In this document: in pieces, positions 1 through 8,611 of the stretch
Position numbering within the stretch: the stretch's first letter is position 1
Layout: each line of letters begins with the position of its first letter
DNA from: Kiritimatiellia bacterium
GTDB taxonomy: Bacteria > Verrucomicrobiota > Kiritimatiellia > RFP12 > UBA1067
DNA length: 64,000 nucleotides
Direction: 5' to 3'
Assembly: GCA_017454745.1 (NCBI GenBank)
Contig: JAFTCL010000048.1
Location: forward strand, 22,534 to 86,533
Translations under genes and position numbers: made by a program
Notes under the pieces: generated by a model
The model's database searches: none
Seen by the model: only the letters and a program-made list of their open reading frames with translations
What the model was told of the DNA's origin: nothing

Positions 1-786
1 GGGGCATTGCTCGACCTCGACATACCGGAAAGGCATCACTACGCCGATTTCCGGCGGCATCCGGACCGCGGCCCCGGAGGTGTTGCGCTTGTCCGCCATC
101 AGCGGAACGCGGTAAATACCCTGGTCGGTCAGTGCGCCGCGGACTTTGGCGTAGCGGATGGTCAAACCGGGTTTGGTGTCCACGCTGTCCCCGATGGCCT
201 TCTCGCCAATATGCAGCACGTAGTCGCCGCCGCGCCGCATATCTCGGGGCGGGAGCAACTCCACCCAGCCGAAAGCCGCGCGACCGAAATCAACGAACAC
301 CCGCCCCGCCGCGTTGGTGACAATCCGCGCCGGCTCTACGTGGCGCTGGGCCAGCGGATAGCGCAACGGGGTGTCGTCGCCCAATTCCCCTGCGGTCTTA
401 AAGGCGTAATTCAGCGACCACGGGCCCTCTTTGCCCTTGCGGTCCCAAACCTTGACGCGCCAGCAGATCTGGCGGTCGCCCGGCAACGGACCGCCCGCGT
501 ACGGCACGAAGACCGAATTGGGGCTTTCCACCTTGCCGGAGTCCCACAGGTCGGGAGAATCGGTTTTAAACAGCGAAGTGTCGGTGGCCACCTGAATCCG
601 GTAGGCGGTCTGGCAGTCGCCGACGCGGCCGTTCTTGAAGCCCCAGGAAAATTCCGGGGTGCTGTCGGTTACCGCCACCAGTCCCGGTTTGGCCAGCAGT
701 TCGCACATCAGTTGGTCGGGCGTGAGCGCCTGCGCCGTCACGGCGCCAAAAACGCAAAGCGCGAATAATATTCTCCCGTTTTTCAT
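1..786 (-). CDS. Partial (C-terminus off the window) secreted glycoside hydrolase. The N-terminal region resembles the alpha-L-rhamnosidase (GH78) N-terminal domain.
   Basis: Translating the minus strand from the ATG at 786 gives MKNGRILFALCVFGAVTAQA, a signal peptide. It is followed by YRIQVATD...LWDSGKV...CWRVKVWDRKGKEGPWS, which matches the rhamnosidase N-terminal domain pattern. The reading frame stays open to the window edge. Confidence 0.45.
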   Translation of the reverse strand, partial: MKNGRILFALCVFGAVTAQALTPDQLMCELLAKPGLVAVTDSTPEFSWGFKNGRVGDCQTAYRIQVATDTSLFKTDSPDLWDSGKVESPNSVFVPYAGGPLPGDRQICWRVKVWDRKGKEGPWSLNYAFKTAGELGDDTPLRYPLAQRHVEPARIVTNAAGRVFVDFGRAAFGWVELLPPRDMRRGGDYVLHIGEKAIGDSVDTKPGLTIRYAKVRGALTDQGIYRVPLMADKRNTSGAAVRMPPEIGVVMPFRYVEVEQCP

Positions 787-800
787 TTTGACTCCTTGGT

Positions 801-2069
801 TTACTGGTGTTCGCAAATGTCCAAAAGTTTGGCGAGCGGTTCCCCGAGCCGGGTTTCCAGCCACGGCTTAACCTGCCAAAAATCCCTCAACTCAAGATAC
901 TCGCTTATCGCCGCGCCCAAACCCTTCTTTACGGTAGATTCAGCGCGGAGCAGAATGTTGCGGGCGGTGGCGTCGCGGGAAACGAATTCCATCACCTGTA
1001 CCCGGTACCCCATGATACGCAGCAGTTGGGCGCGGAAAGTGTCGGTGAGCAAATCCGCCAACCGTTCGCGCAGAATGCCGTGGCGCAGCACCCCCTGCAT
1101 TGGGCTCCCGGTTTTTATCGCGCGGTGCAGCTCGTGCTGGCAGCAGGGCACGCAAAGCAGATAATGGCTTTTCCACTCCACCGCGCGGGCGATCGCGGCG
1201 TCGGTCGCGGTGTCGCAGGCGTACAGGCTCACCACCAGATCCGGCTCGAACGGCAATTCGGCGGTGTCGATGTCGCCCTCGATGAACACCGCCCGCTCGC
1301 CGAGGTCCAGATCGGCGGCCATCCGGCGCGCGTCGCTGATGACATCGTGCCGGCGGTCGATTCCGCACACCCGCACCGTGAAATTGCGCACATCGGTCAA
1401 GTACATCAACGCCGCCAAAGTCAGGTACGCCCGGCCGCAGCCGCAGTCCACAATGTTAACCTCCGGCGGCGAGTCCGCCGTTTCGCCGGAATCGCCGTCG
1501 CGGCCGCGGCGGCGGGCGGCGCGCGTCACGGGGTCGTCCGGCAGCGTTTCGTCGATCACCCGCAGAAAAGCGTTGACCTGGTCGTACTTGCCGCGCATCG
1601 ACGCCTTGATCTTGCCGTCGGCATCGGATATCCCCAACACGCGCAGCAGCGTCGCGGAGTGGAAAGTGTTCAACGGGACGTTTTTGGTGCGGTCGTGCGC
1701 CGGGGTCTCGTCCAACTGCCGGGCCAGTTTCCCGCTGCGCGATTGCAATACCTTGCCTTTTTTGGTGACGCGCACGTGAAGGTCTCCGGAAGCGGTGATC
1801 AAGTGCAGTTCCCGCACCCCGTTTTGGGCGATCATCTCTTCCAGTCCGTTCTTGGCGGCGTCAAGGTCGAAGTTCTTGACCTTGGTGCGGCCTTCATCGA
1901 ACATTTCTCCCTGATACTTCATTTCGCCGCGGATCTCCACCGGGCGCAAACTCACCCGGAAAACCTCGCCGCCGCGCCGCACCACCTGGGTTATCCTCAT
2001 GAAACCCGGCTCGCCAAAAACCCGCCGCCGAATCTCGTCCGCCAATTCCACCGGAAGTTCCGCCTGCAT
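801..2069 (-). CDS. Class I SAM-dependent methyltransferase
   Basis: 422-aa ORF with the glycine-rich SAM-binding motif VDCGCGRAYLT. Its length and its non-overlapping arrangement with neighbours fit a real gene. Confidence 0.6.
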   Translation of the reverse strand: MQAELPVELADEIRRRVFGEPGFMRITQVVRRGGEVFRVSLRPVEIRGEMKYQGEMFDEGRTKVKNFDLDAAKNGLEEMIAQNGVRELHLITASGDLHVRVTKKGKVLQSRSGKLARQLDETPAHDRTKNVPLNTFHSATLLRVLGISDADGKIKASMRGKYDQVNAFLRVIDETLPDDPVTRAARRRGRDGDSGETADSPPEVNIVDCGCGRAYLTLAALMYLTDVRNFTVRVCGIDRRHDVISDARRMAADLDLGERAVFIEGDIDTAELPFEPDLVVSLYACDTATDAAIARAVEWKSHYLLCVPCCQHELHRAIKTGSPMQGVLRHGILRERLADLLTDTFRAQLLRIMGYRVQVMEFVSRDATARNILLRAESTVKKGLGAAISEYLELRDFWQVKPWLETRLGEPLAKLLDICEHQ

Positions 2070-2089
2070 AACGCTCTCCTAAATAATCC

Positions 2090-3259
2090 TTACATCTCCA
2101 AAGCGGCCCGCAACCGCCGCACCCCTTCCGCAACAAAACGCCGTGGACAGGCGATGTTGAACCGGATGAACGACGCGTAATGTCCGCCGAAAAACTTGCC
2201 GCCCGAAAAACAAACCCCCGCTTTGGCGAAGCGGTCCTCAAGCTCCGCCTCGGAAAAACCGTACGCCGCCAAGTCAATCCAGCACAGATATGTCGCCTCC
2301 AGCGGCGACATGACCGCCCGCGGCAACTGTTCCGCCAGCAACCGGGCCAACTCGTCGCGGTTGCCCTGCAAATACTCCAGCAAACCGTCCAGCCACGCAT
2401 CGCCGCAATTGTAAGCGGCGCGGGTGGCGACCAGCGCGAACAGGTTGCCGCAGCGGACTCCGGCGGCGTTGATCTCATCGCGAATCGCCGCCCGCAACTC
2501 CGGGTCGCGGCAGAAACATACCGCCTGATGAAGTCCGGCCAGATTGAAGGTTTTGCTGGCCGCGGCGAGCGACACCACCCGCGCTGAAGCCAGCGAAAGC
2601 ATGGGGTGGAATTCCGCGCCGTCGTAAACGAAATCGGCGTGAATCTCGTCGGAAATCAAGGTGGCGCCGTGCCGGGCGACGGTTTCGTAAAGGCGCGACA
2701 GCTCCTCCCGCGTCCAAAGTCGGCCCACCGGATTATGCGGGTTGCAGAGCATAACCGCCTTGGCACCGTCCGCCAGCGCCGCCTCGATCGCGGGATAATC
2801 CATCCGGTAGCGGCCGTCTTCCTGGCGAACCAGCGGGCAGTCGACGATCCTGCGCTTGGTGGCGGTCACCGATGACATGAACGGCCCGTAAACCGGAGTC
2901 ATCAAGACCACCCCGTCGCCCGGGGCGGTCGAAGCGCGGATCGCCACTTTAAGCCCGGTGATTACGCAAGGCAGCAGGGTGATTTCGTTTTGCGACAACT
3001 CCAGCCCGTGGCGGCGCCGCCAGAACCCGGAAACCGCCTCATAATCGTCCCGCCGCGGGTCGGTGTAGCCGTAGGTGGGGTGCGCGGCGCGAACCAGCAG
3101 CTCCCGCGTCACCTCCGGCGGCGACGGGAAATCCATGTCGGCCACCCAAAGCGGCAAAGTGTCGGGCCGAACCGCCGACTCGCGCATCGTGTCCCATTTC
3201 TCGCACCGGGTACCCACGCGGTTCAACCCCGCATCGAAGTATTCGTAATCGTAGCGCAT
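2090..3259 (-). CDS. PLP-dependent C-S lyase of the MalY/PatB family (aminotransferase class I/II fold; cystathionine beta-lyase-like)
   Basis: 389-aa protein with the MalY/PatB-like N-terminus (CEKWDTM, LPLWVADMDFP) and the PLP-lysine region SLAAASKTFNLAGL. Confidence 0.7.
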   Translation of the reverse strand: MRYDYEYFDAGLNRVGTRCEKWDTMRESAVRPDTLPLWVADMDFPSPPEVTRELLVRAAHPTYGYTDPRRDDYEAVSGFWRRRHGLELSQNEITLLPCVITGLKVAIRASTAPGDGVVLMTPVYGPFMSSVTATKRRIVDCPLVRQEDGRYRMDYPAIEAALADGAKAVMLCNPHNPVGRLWTREELSRLYETVARHGATLISDEIHADFVYDGAEFHPMLSLASARVVSLAAASKTFNLAGLHQAVCFCRDPELRAAIRDEINAAGVRCGNLFALVATRAAYNCGDAWLDGLLEYLQGNRDELARLLAEQLPRAVMSPLEATYLCWIDLAAYGFSEAELEDRFAKAGVCFSGGKFFGGHYASFIRFNIACPRRFVAEGVRRLRAALEM

Positions 3260-3371
3260 TGCTCAAACTCCAAAAACGGGTTGAATTATAATGTAAGCAA
3301 CGCGCCAAAGCAAACCCAAAGTGGCGATTCTTTTCTTCGCGGCAAAATCGGTTGATACGGGATGTAAAGCA

Positions 3372-3419
3372 AGGAGGACAGGGTGGGAGGTACGAGATAG
3401 GGAGGGACGCGCCCCGTCG
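3372..3419 (+). repeat. REP-like G-rich repeat GGACAGGGTGGGAG..AGATAGGGAGGGACGCGCCCCGTCGCGAC
   Basis: The same ~35-nt core recurs at 19141-19170. Its 3' part matches the RAYT-flanking arms GGGAGGGTCGCGCTCCGTCGCGAC at 5266 and 5858. Confidence 0.6.
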
Positions 3420-3572
3420 CGACTCCGGGTGGTCCGCCCGGTCCGGGACCTGTCCAGCGGTGACGGACGGAAACAAATCTCTTCCGCTTTTTCAAGGTCT
3501 GGGTCGGCGACGCCCCGATCCCGGCCGAGCCGAAAATGCCAGGTGAGTTTAGATCATGAGCGAAAGGCATAT

Positions 3573-3601
3573 TGACGTTGCAAGGAAAGTGTGGTACTAT
3601 A
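3573..3601 (+). promoter_or_regulatory. Putative sigma70 promoter: TTGACG, 17-nt spacer, TACTAT. It sits ~200 nt upstream of the FISUMP gene start.
   Basis: Near-consensus -35 and -10 hexamers at the optimal spacing. A long leader follows before the ATG at 3808. Confidence 0.4.
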
Positions 3602-3807
3602 TTGTTCAATGGATTGAGTAAATTTGCTCATTGCGATTGGCAAATGACGAATAGAGGAGTGATCCCAGATTCCTCACTTGGGGGTTTCACGCAAACCCTT
3701 GCCGCTCAGCGTCGCTGTGCCTCTGCGTGAGATAGAAATCCTTGTCTAGAAAGCGTAACCGAGGAATTAAGGTTAATGTCCGCAGAAAGACGACGGAAGG
3801 AGAAACC

Positions 3808-5151
3808 ATGAAAACACCAACGACAAAACGCATGCTCGCCGCAGTCGCGGCGGTAACCTGCATCGTAACAGCCGCCCGCGCCGGCAGCGTTCCGGACCAA
3901 TGCCTGGACGCCTGCACGGGCGGCGAGGGCGCCATCCACGTTCAGGGCTGGGCCTATGACCCCGACGCCTCGTCGCAGTCCATCAATGTCCACGTCTATT
4001 TCTATGCCGACTCGGGCTGCACGATCCAGTACGGGGACGTCCGCATACTCACGGCCAACGTGTCGAGGCCCGACGTGAACCAGGCGAAGGGAATCACGGG
4101 CGACCACGGCTTTGCCGCCGACATCCCCGTCTCCAACGCCGGAGACTACTGGGTCAAGCTCTTCGCCATCGACGCCACCGGCGACGGCAATCCGCAGATC
4201 GGCTAGACGAGAAGCGTGACCGTGACGGCGACCGGCTCGCCGTCCGGCGGCTCGTCGGCGGAATCCGGCTGCACCGTCAAGGTCACGAAGTTCCACCAGT
4301 CGTATCCCTACTCGGGCAGGGCGACGGTCGAATACATGGTCGGCGGGACGCTCCCCGCGAACGCCGTCGCGGAAATTATCCTCAATACCGACGACGCGAC
4401 CGCGACCTTCGTCCAGAGCAACGTCGTCGCGGGCGCGAATACGCACGTGATCGACTTCGCCTCGTCCTTCGGCGGCGCGATGCTGCTCACCAATGCCTCG
4501 TTTGTGGTGACGATCACTGGAGAACGGGCTCTCGGCGGCGTGCAACTTTGGGAGAACGGGCCCTACTGGGCGGAGTGCAACGTGGGTGCCACAAAGCCTG
4601 AAGAATACGGTTACTACTTCTGGTGGGGCGACACGGTGGGCTACAAGCGCGAGAACGACGCCTGGGTTGCAGCGGACGGCTCGACGTCCAGCTTCTCGTT
4701 CAACAGCGACAACACGCCCACCTACGGCAAGGACAACGCGACGCTTCTCTCGGAGGGCTGGATCGACTCGACGGGTAACCTCGTGGCGGCGCACGACGCG
4801 GCGACGGCGCACCTCGGCGCACCCTGGCGAATGCCGACGGACGCGGAGTTCTCCGCGCTCCTCGACAACTGCACCACCGAGTGGACGACGCGGAACGGCG
4901 TATCGGGGCAGCTCGTCACGGGCAAGGGCGCATACGCGGACAAGAGCATCTTCCTTCCTGCGGCCGGCTACGGCAACGACTCGCGCCTCTACGGCCTCGG
5001 CTCGTACGGCTTCTTCTGGTCCTCTACGCCGTATTCGGGCAATTCGAACTACGCGTGGAACCTCTACTTCCTTTCGGGCCACATCGACTGGAGCTACGGC
5101 AGCCGCTACGACGGGGTGTCCGTCCGGCCTGTGCGAGGATTTGCCCAATAG
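3808..5151 (+). pseudogene. Secreted FISUMP-domain (Fibrobacter succinogenes major paralogous domain) protein interrupted by an in-frame TAG at 4204-4206. This may be one gene carrying a nonsense codon or readthrough site, or two ORFs (3808-4206 and 4216-5151, the latter starting at GTG).
   Basis: The N-terminal part has a signal peptide (MKTPTTKRMLAAVAAVTCIVTAARA) and an RBS (GGAAGGAG). The C-terminal part (LWENGPYWAECNVGA...YGYYFWWGD...APWRMPTDAEF...YAWNLYF...GVSVRPV) is the FISUMP fold and lacks a signal peptide of its own. Both parts are in the same frame, separated only by TAG. Confidence 0.55.
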
Positions 5152-5199
5152 CGCGCGAATCTCGGGAACAACCTACGGAGAGCAAGAGAGGCGTTCATT

Positions 5200-5778
5200 A
5201 TGAACAACCGGAAACACGAAGGACATGCGGACGCGACGGAGCGCGTCCCACCCCGGGCGGATGTGGGAGGGTCGCGCTCCGTCGCGACCGCCACCACGCG
5301 CGTCCTGCCCGCACGCAAACACCCTTCGCGCAATTCAATCCTGACAACTTGCGACAACCGGGCTATCATTCTTTTCGTCACGGTGGTTACGTGCAATCGG
5401 CAGTGCGTGTTGGCCGATTGCAAGGTGCAATCGGTTATTCTGGACGTATGGAGAAGGACCAAGGGCTGGATCGTTGGGCGTTATGTGATCATGCCGGACC
5501 ATATCCACTTCTTCTGTGCGCCGACGTGCTATCCGCCGTCCGACTTCCATGCCTGGATGGCGTGCTGGAAACGCATGGTGTCGAACCGCTTTCCTTGCCG
5601 GCATTCGTTGCCGTTGTGGCAAAGGGATTGCTGGGATACGCAGTTGCGCCGCAGCGAGAGCTATGCCGACAAATGGGAGTATGTACGCAACAATCCCATA
5701 CGCAAGAGGTTGACAGAGGATGCGGATTCGTGGCCGTTTCAGGGAGAATTGAATGTTTTGCAGTGGCACGACAGATGA
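5200..5778 (+). mobile_element. REP-associated tyrosine transposase (RAYT), an IS200/IS605-family Y1 transposase. The true start is uncertain because the annotated N-terminus overlaps a REP hairpin.
   Basis: HuH motif VIMPDHIHFF, an N-terminal ILFVTVVTCNRQ (YFVT.CT.NR-like) block, and the catalytic-Tyr region SYADKWEYVRNNPIRKRL. Flanked by palindromic REP arms at 5226-5290 and 5797-5884. Confidence 0.75.
5226..5290. repeat. REP hairpin on the 5' side of the RAYT. Its two arms are GGACGCGACGGAGCGCGTCCC and GGGAGGGTCGCGCTCCGTCGCGACC.
   Basis: Imperfect inverted repeat read directly. The same arms recur on the 3' side. Confidence 0.7.
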
Positions 5779-5796
5779 TGTATGGGATGTGCGGAC

Positions 5797-5884
5797 GCGA
5801 CGGAGCGCGCGTTGGATGGGGGTGGACGCGACGGAGCGCGTCCCTCCCGAGACGTGTGTGGGAGGGTCGCGCTCCGTCGCGACC
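5797..5884. repeat. REP cluster on the 3' side of the RAYT: two GGACGCGACGGAGCGCG arms followed by one complementary arm, GGGAGGGTCGCGCTCCGTCGCGACC.
   Basis: Inverted and direct repeats matching the 5'-side element. This gives the REP-RAYT-REP arrangement of a REPtron. Confidence 0.7.
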
Positions 5885-5913
5885 TATGACAAATAGTAAA
5901 GGACATTAATGCG

Positions 5914-7053
5914 ATGAAGATGAACAATTTGATGAGTTGTAAATTGCTGGTGACGTTGTTGCTGCTGCTGGTGGGGCGAGCCGTTTCGGGCGCGCCGCTG
6001 GCGCGGCAGAGCGGCGCGGTGGGCGTCGTCACCTACGACCCGTCGGAAACGCAGACGACGCCGGTCCCGGTTCCGTATGCGTGGCTGGACGGCTATCCCG
6101 AACTGCTCGCGGGGCAGTCCGGCGACTACGAGGTCGCCGCCAACGCGACGGCGGCGAACGGGCGCAAGGTGTGGGCGTGCTATGTGGTGGGGCTGGATCC
6201 GTCCGATCCGCTTGACAACTTCCGCATCACGCGCTTCTGGATGGACGGCTACATGCCGATGTTCGTGGTGAGCCCCACGACGAACGGAAGCGGCCGTTCG
6301 ATCCTGCCCTACGTGAGGCCGCTCGGCAAGGCGGAACTGACGGGCGCGTGGCTGCACGTGCCCGACGGCGGCAGCCCCGCTTTCCGGTTCTTCGCGGCCG
6401 AGGTCGTGCCGCCGGGATGCGAATCCGCCGTTGACGACGGCGTCCAGCTCTGGGCGGACGGGCCCTACTGGGCGAAGTGCAACGTGGGCGCCGCGGCGCC
6501 AGAGGAATACGGCTGCTACTTCTGGTGGGGCGACACCGTGGGCTACAGGCGCGAGAACGGCGCCTGGGTCGCGGCGGACAGCTCGACGTCCGGTTTCCTG
6601 TTCAACAGCGACAACACACCCACCGACGGCAAGGACGACGCGGCGCTTCTGTCGGCTGGGTATATCGACGCGACCGGCAACCTCGTGGCGGCGTATGACG
6701 CGGCGACGGCGCACCTCGGCTCGCCGTGGCGCATGCCGACGGACGCGGAGCTTTCCGCGCTTATCAACAATTGCACAACCAAGTGGATCACCACCAATGG
6801 CGTGTCGGGGCGGCTTGTCACGGGCAAGGGCGCATACGCGGACAAAAGCATCTTCCTTCCCGCGACCGGCTACGGCGACGGTTCGTCCCTCCTCACCACC
6901 GTCAACGGCTGCTGGTCCTCCACGCCAGCCGGTTCGGACAGGGCGTGGCACCTCTTTTTATCTTCGGTCTCCATCGGTGCGTTCGGCTTCGGCCGGTCCG
7001 ACGGGAACCGTTACAAAGGGTTTCCCGTCCGTCCCGTCCGGGACGCCGACTAG
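5914..7053 (+). CDS. Secreted FISUMP-domain protein, a paralog of 3808-5151
   Basis: Signal peptide MKMNNLMSCKLLVTLLLLLVGRAVSGA. The C-terminal ~150 aa are ~85% identical at the nucleotide level to 4541-4985 (LWADGPYWAKCNVGA...YGCYFWWGD...SPWRMPTDAEL...GFPVRPV). Confidence 0.75.
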   Translation: MKMNNLMSCKLLVTLLLLLVGRAVSGAPLARQSGAVGVVTYDPSETQTTPVPVPYAWLDGYPELLAGQSGDYEVAANATAANGRKVWACYVVGLDPSDPLDNFRITRFWMDGYMPMFVVSPTTNGSGRSILPYVRPLGKAELTGAWLHVPDGGSPAFRFFAAEVVPPGCESAVDDGVQLWADGPYWAKCNVGAAAPEEYGCYFWWGDTVGYRRENGAWVAADSSTSGFLFNSDNTPTDGKDDAALLSAGYIDATGNLVAAYDAATAHLGSPWRMPTDAELSALINNCTTKWITTNGVSGRLVTGKGAYADKSIFLPATGYGDGSSLLTTVNGCWSSTPAGSDRAWHLFLSSVSIGAFGFGRSDGNRYKGFPVRPVRDAD

Positions 7054-7138
7054 CGCGCGAACCGCGCGGAATGCCCACGGCGAGGAACGATGAACGGGCT
7101 GATGAGTTGCTGATGGGGCGGCGGAGTCCGCAAATACC

Positions 7139-7184
7139 GCAACTGCCACAATGAAAACGCCACAACTGCCACAATGAAAACGCC
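7139..7184 (+). repeat. Tandem direct repeat, 2 x 23 nt (C[G/A]CAACTGCCACAATGAAAACGCC)
   Basis: Two adjacent, almost identical 23-mers in the 530-nt region upstream of fabH. Possibly an operator or regulator-binding site. Confidence 0.7.
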
Positions 7185-7586
7185 GCAAGTGACATAATGC
7201 TTGCAATGCCGATGGGGATATGCTATCATTTTTGCCATGAAACAGTAAGGAATCGGTCATCATGAAAAAAACAGCTTACACGATTATGGTTGCGGTTGCG
7301 ATGGCGGCGAGAAGCACCGCGAGCGCCGCAGTGTTTGTTTCGCGGAGATGACGTACAACCCCGACGGAACCATCCGGCAGCTGCTCTGGTGGGCCGACAT
7401 CCAATAGCGCGTCCTATACACGAGGTACCGCAATCATGCGGCCGGGCGGGTTCCCGCTGCCGGAATTTCACACCCGAAAAATTGATTGGGGAACCTCCAG
7501 TAATTTCGGTATTGAATTTTTGCCCCGGTTTTGATATGATATGGCTTTCTTTTGGGATAGGTGTGTTGATCGAACAGGGACACAGT

Positions 7587-8570
7587 ATGAGCGGACAGAA
7601 TCTTTCGGCAAAAATCGCCGGTACCGGGATGGCGGTGCCCGCGAAAGTTTGGGATAATTTTAAGTTGGCGACTTTGGTGGAAACCAGCGACGAGTGGATT
7701 ACCCAGCGAGTCGGCATCAAGGAACGCCGCATCGCCGAAGATAACGAGTACACCTCCGATTTTTCCACCAAGGCCGCGCTGCAGGCGCTGGAGCGGGCCA
7801 ACATGACCGCCGACCAGCTGGACCTCATTCTGGTGGCGACCTCCACCCCGGACATGATCTTGCCCAACACCGCCTGCCTCGTCCAGAAGAACATCGGCGC
7901 CGTCAACGCCGCCGCCCTGGACATCTGCAGCGCCTGCTCCGGATTCATTTACGGGTCGGCAATCGCCTGGGGAATGATAAAGTCCGGCATCATGAAGAAC
8001 ATCCTGTTGATCGGCGTCGAGCTGAACAGCCGCATCCTCAACTGGAAAGACCGCGGAACCTGCATCCTCTTCGGTGACGGCGCCGGTGCGGCGGTGTGGA
8101 CGGCCTGCGACGCCTCGGAGGGCGGAATGCTCGGCTTCGTGATGGGCGCGGACGGCAACTACGCCGACCTGCTGACGCTGCCGAACAGCGGTTGCCGGAA
8201 ATACCCGGAGTACGACGGCACCTACATCACCATGCACGGGAACGAGACCTTCAAACAGGCGGTGCGCACCATGAACGAATGCGCCCTCGAAGTGCTGGAG
8301 AAGGTCGGGCTGAAACCGGAAGACGTTGACCTGCTGATCCCGCACCAAGCGAACATCCGCATTATCGAGGCGGTCCAGAAACGGCTGAACCTGCCGCCGG
8401 AAAAAGTTTTCGTGAATATCCAGAAATACGGCAACACCACCGCCGGCACCATACCGATCGCGCTGCACGAGGCACTGGACCAGGGTCTCGTAAAGAAAGG
8501 CGACATCCTGCTGATGGATGCCTTCGGCGCCGGACTGACCTGGGGCGCGTTTGTGATGAAATGGGCATAA
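7587..8570 (+). CDS. fabH: 3-oxoacyl-[ACP] synthase III (FabH)
   Basis: Start MSGQNLSAKIAGTGMAVP. Carries the FabH signatures SDEWITQRVGIKERR, active-site Cys in ACSGF, HQANIRII and GNTTAGTIP. The ORF as tracked from 7290 has a spurious N-terminal extension. Confidence 0.85.
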   Translation: MSGQNLSAKIAGTGMAVPAKVWDNFKLATLVETSDEWITQRVGIKERRIAEDNEYTSDFSTKAALQALERANMTADQLDLILVATSTPDMILPNTACLVQKNIGAVNAAALDICSACSGFIYGSAIAWGMIKSGIMKNILLIGVELNSRILNWKDRGTCILFGDGAGAAVWTACDASEGGMLGFVMGADGNYADLLTLPNSGCRKYPEYDGTYITMHGNETFKQAVRTMNECALEVLEKVGLKPEDVDLLIPHQANIRIIEAVQKRLNLPPEKVFVNIQKYGNTTAGTIPIALHEALDQGLVKKGDILLMDAFGAGLTWGAFVMKWA

Positions 8571-8611
8571 CGGTTGCGGCGGTTCCGCAATCCGAATTGG
8601 GAGAAAATACC

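Noticed and set aside
807-2180. 457-aa + strand ORF antisense to the methyltransferase gene
   Set aside because: Shadow ORF typical of high-GC DNA. It has no recognisable motifs and is low-complexity and Arg/Ala/Gly-rich. The opposite-strand protein carries clear SAM-methyltransferase motifs.
3286-3609. 107-aa and other small ORFs in the 3260-3800 intergenic region
   Set aside because: They overlap the REP-like repeat and the promoter. They have no RBS or motifs and are probably non-coding leader or repeat sequence.
3706-5148. 480-aa minus-strand ORF covering the FISUMP gene; a similar one at 5884-6951
   Set aside because: Antisense shadow ORFs of the duplicated FISUMP coding regions. Their composition is Arg/Ala/Val/Gly-rich with no domains.
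7290-7586. 99-codon N-terminal extension of fabH in the ORF track
   Set aside because: The FabH homology begins at MSGQNLSAKIAG (7587). The upstream extension is Arg-rich and low-complexity with no RBS, and the tandem repeats and mini-ORFs occupy this region.
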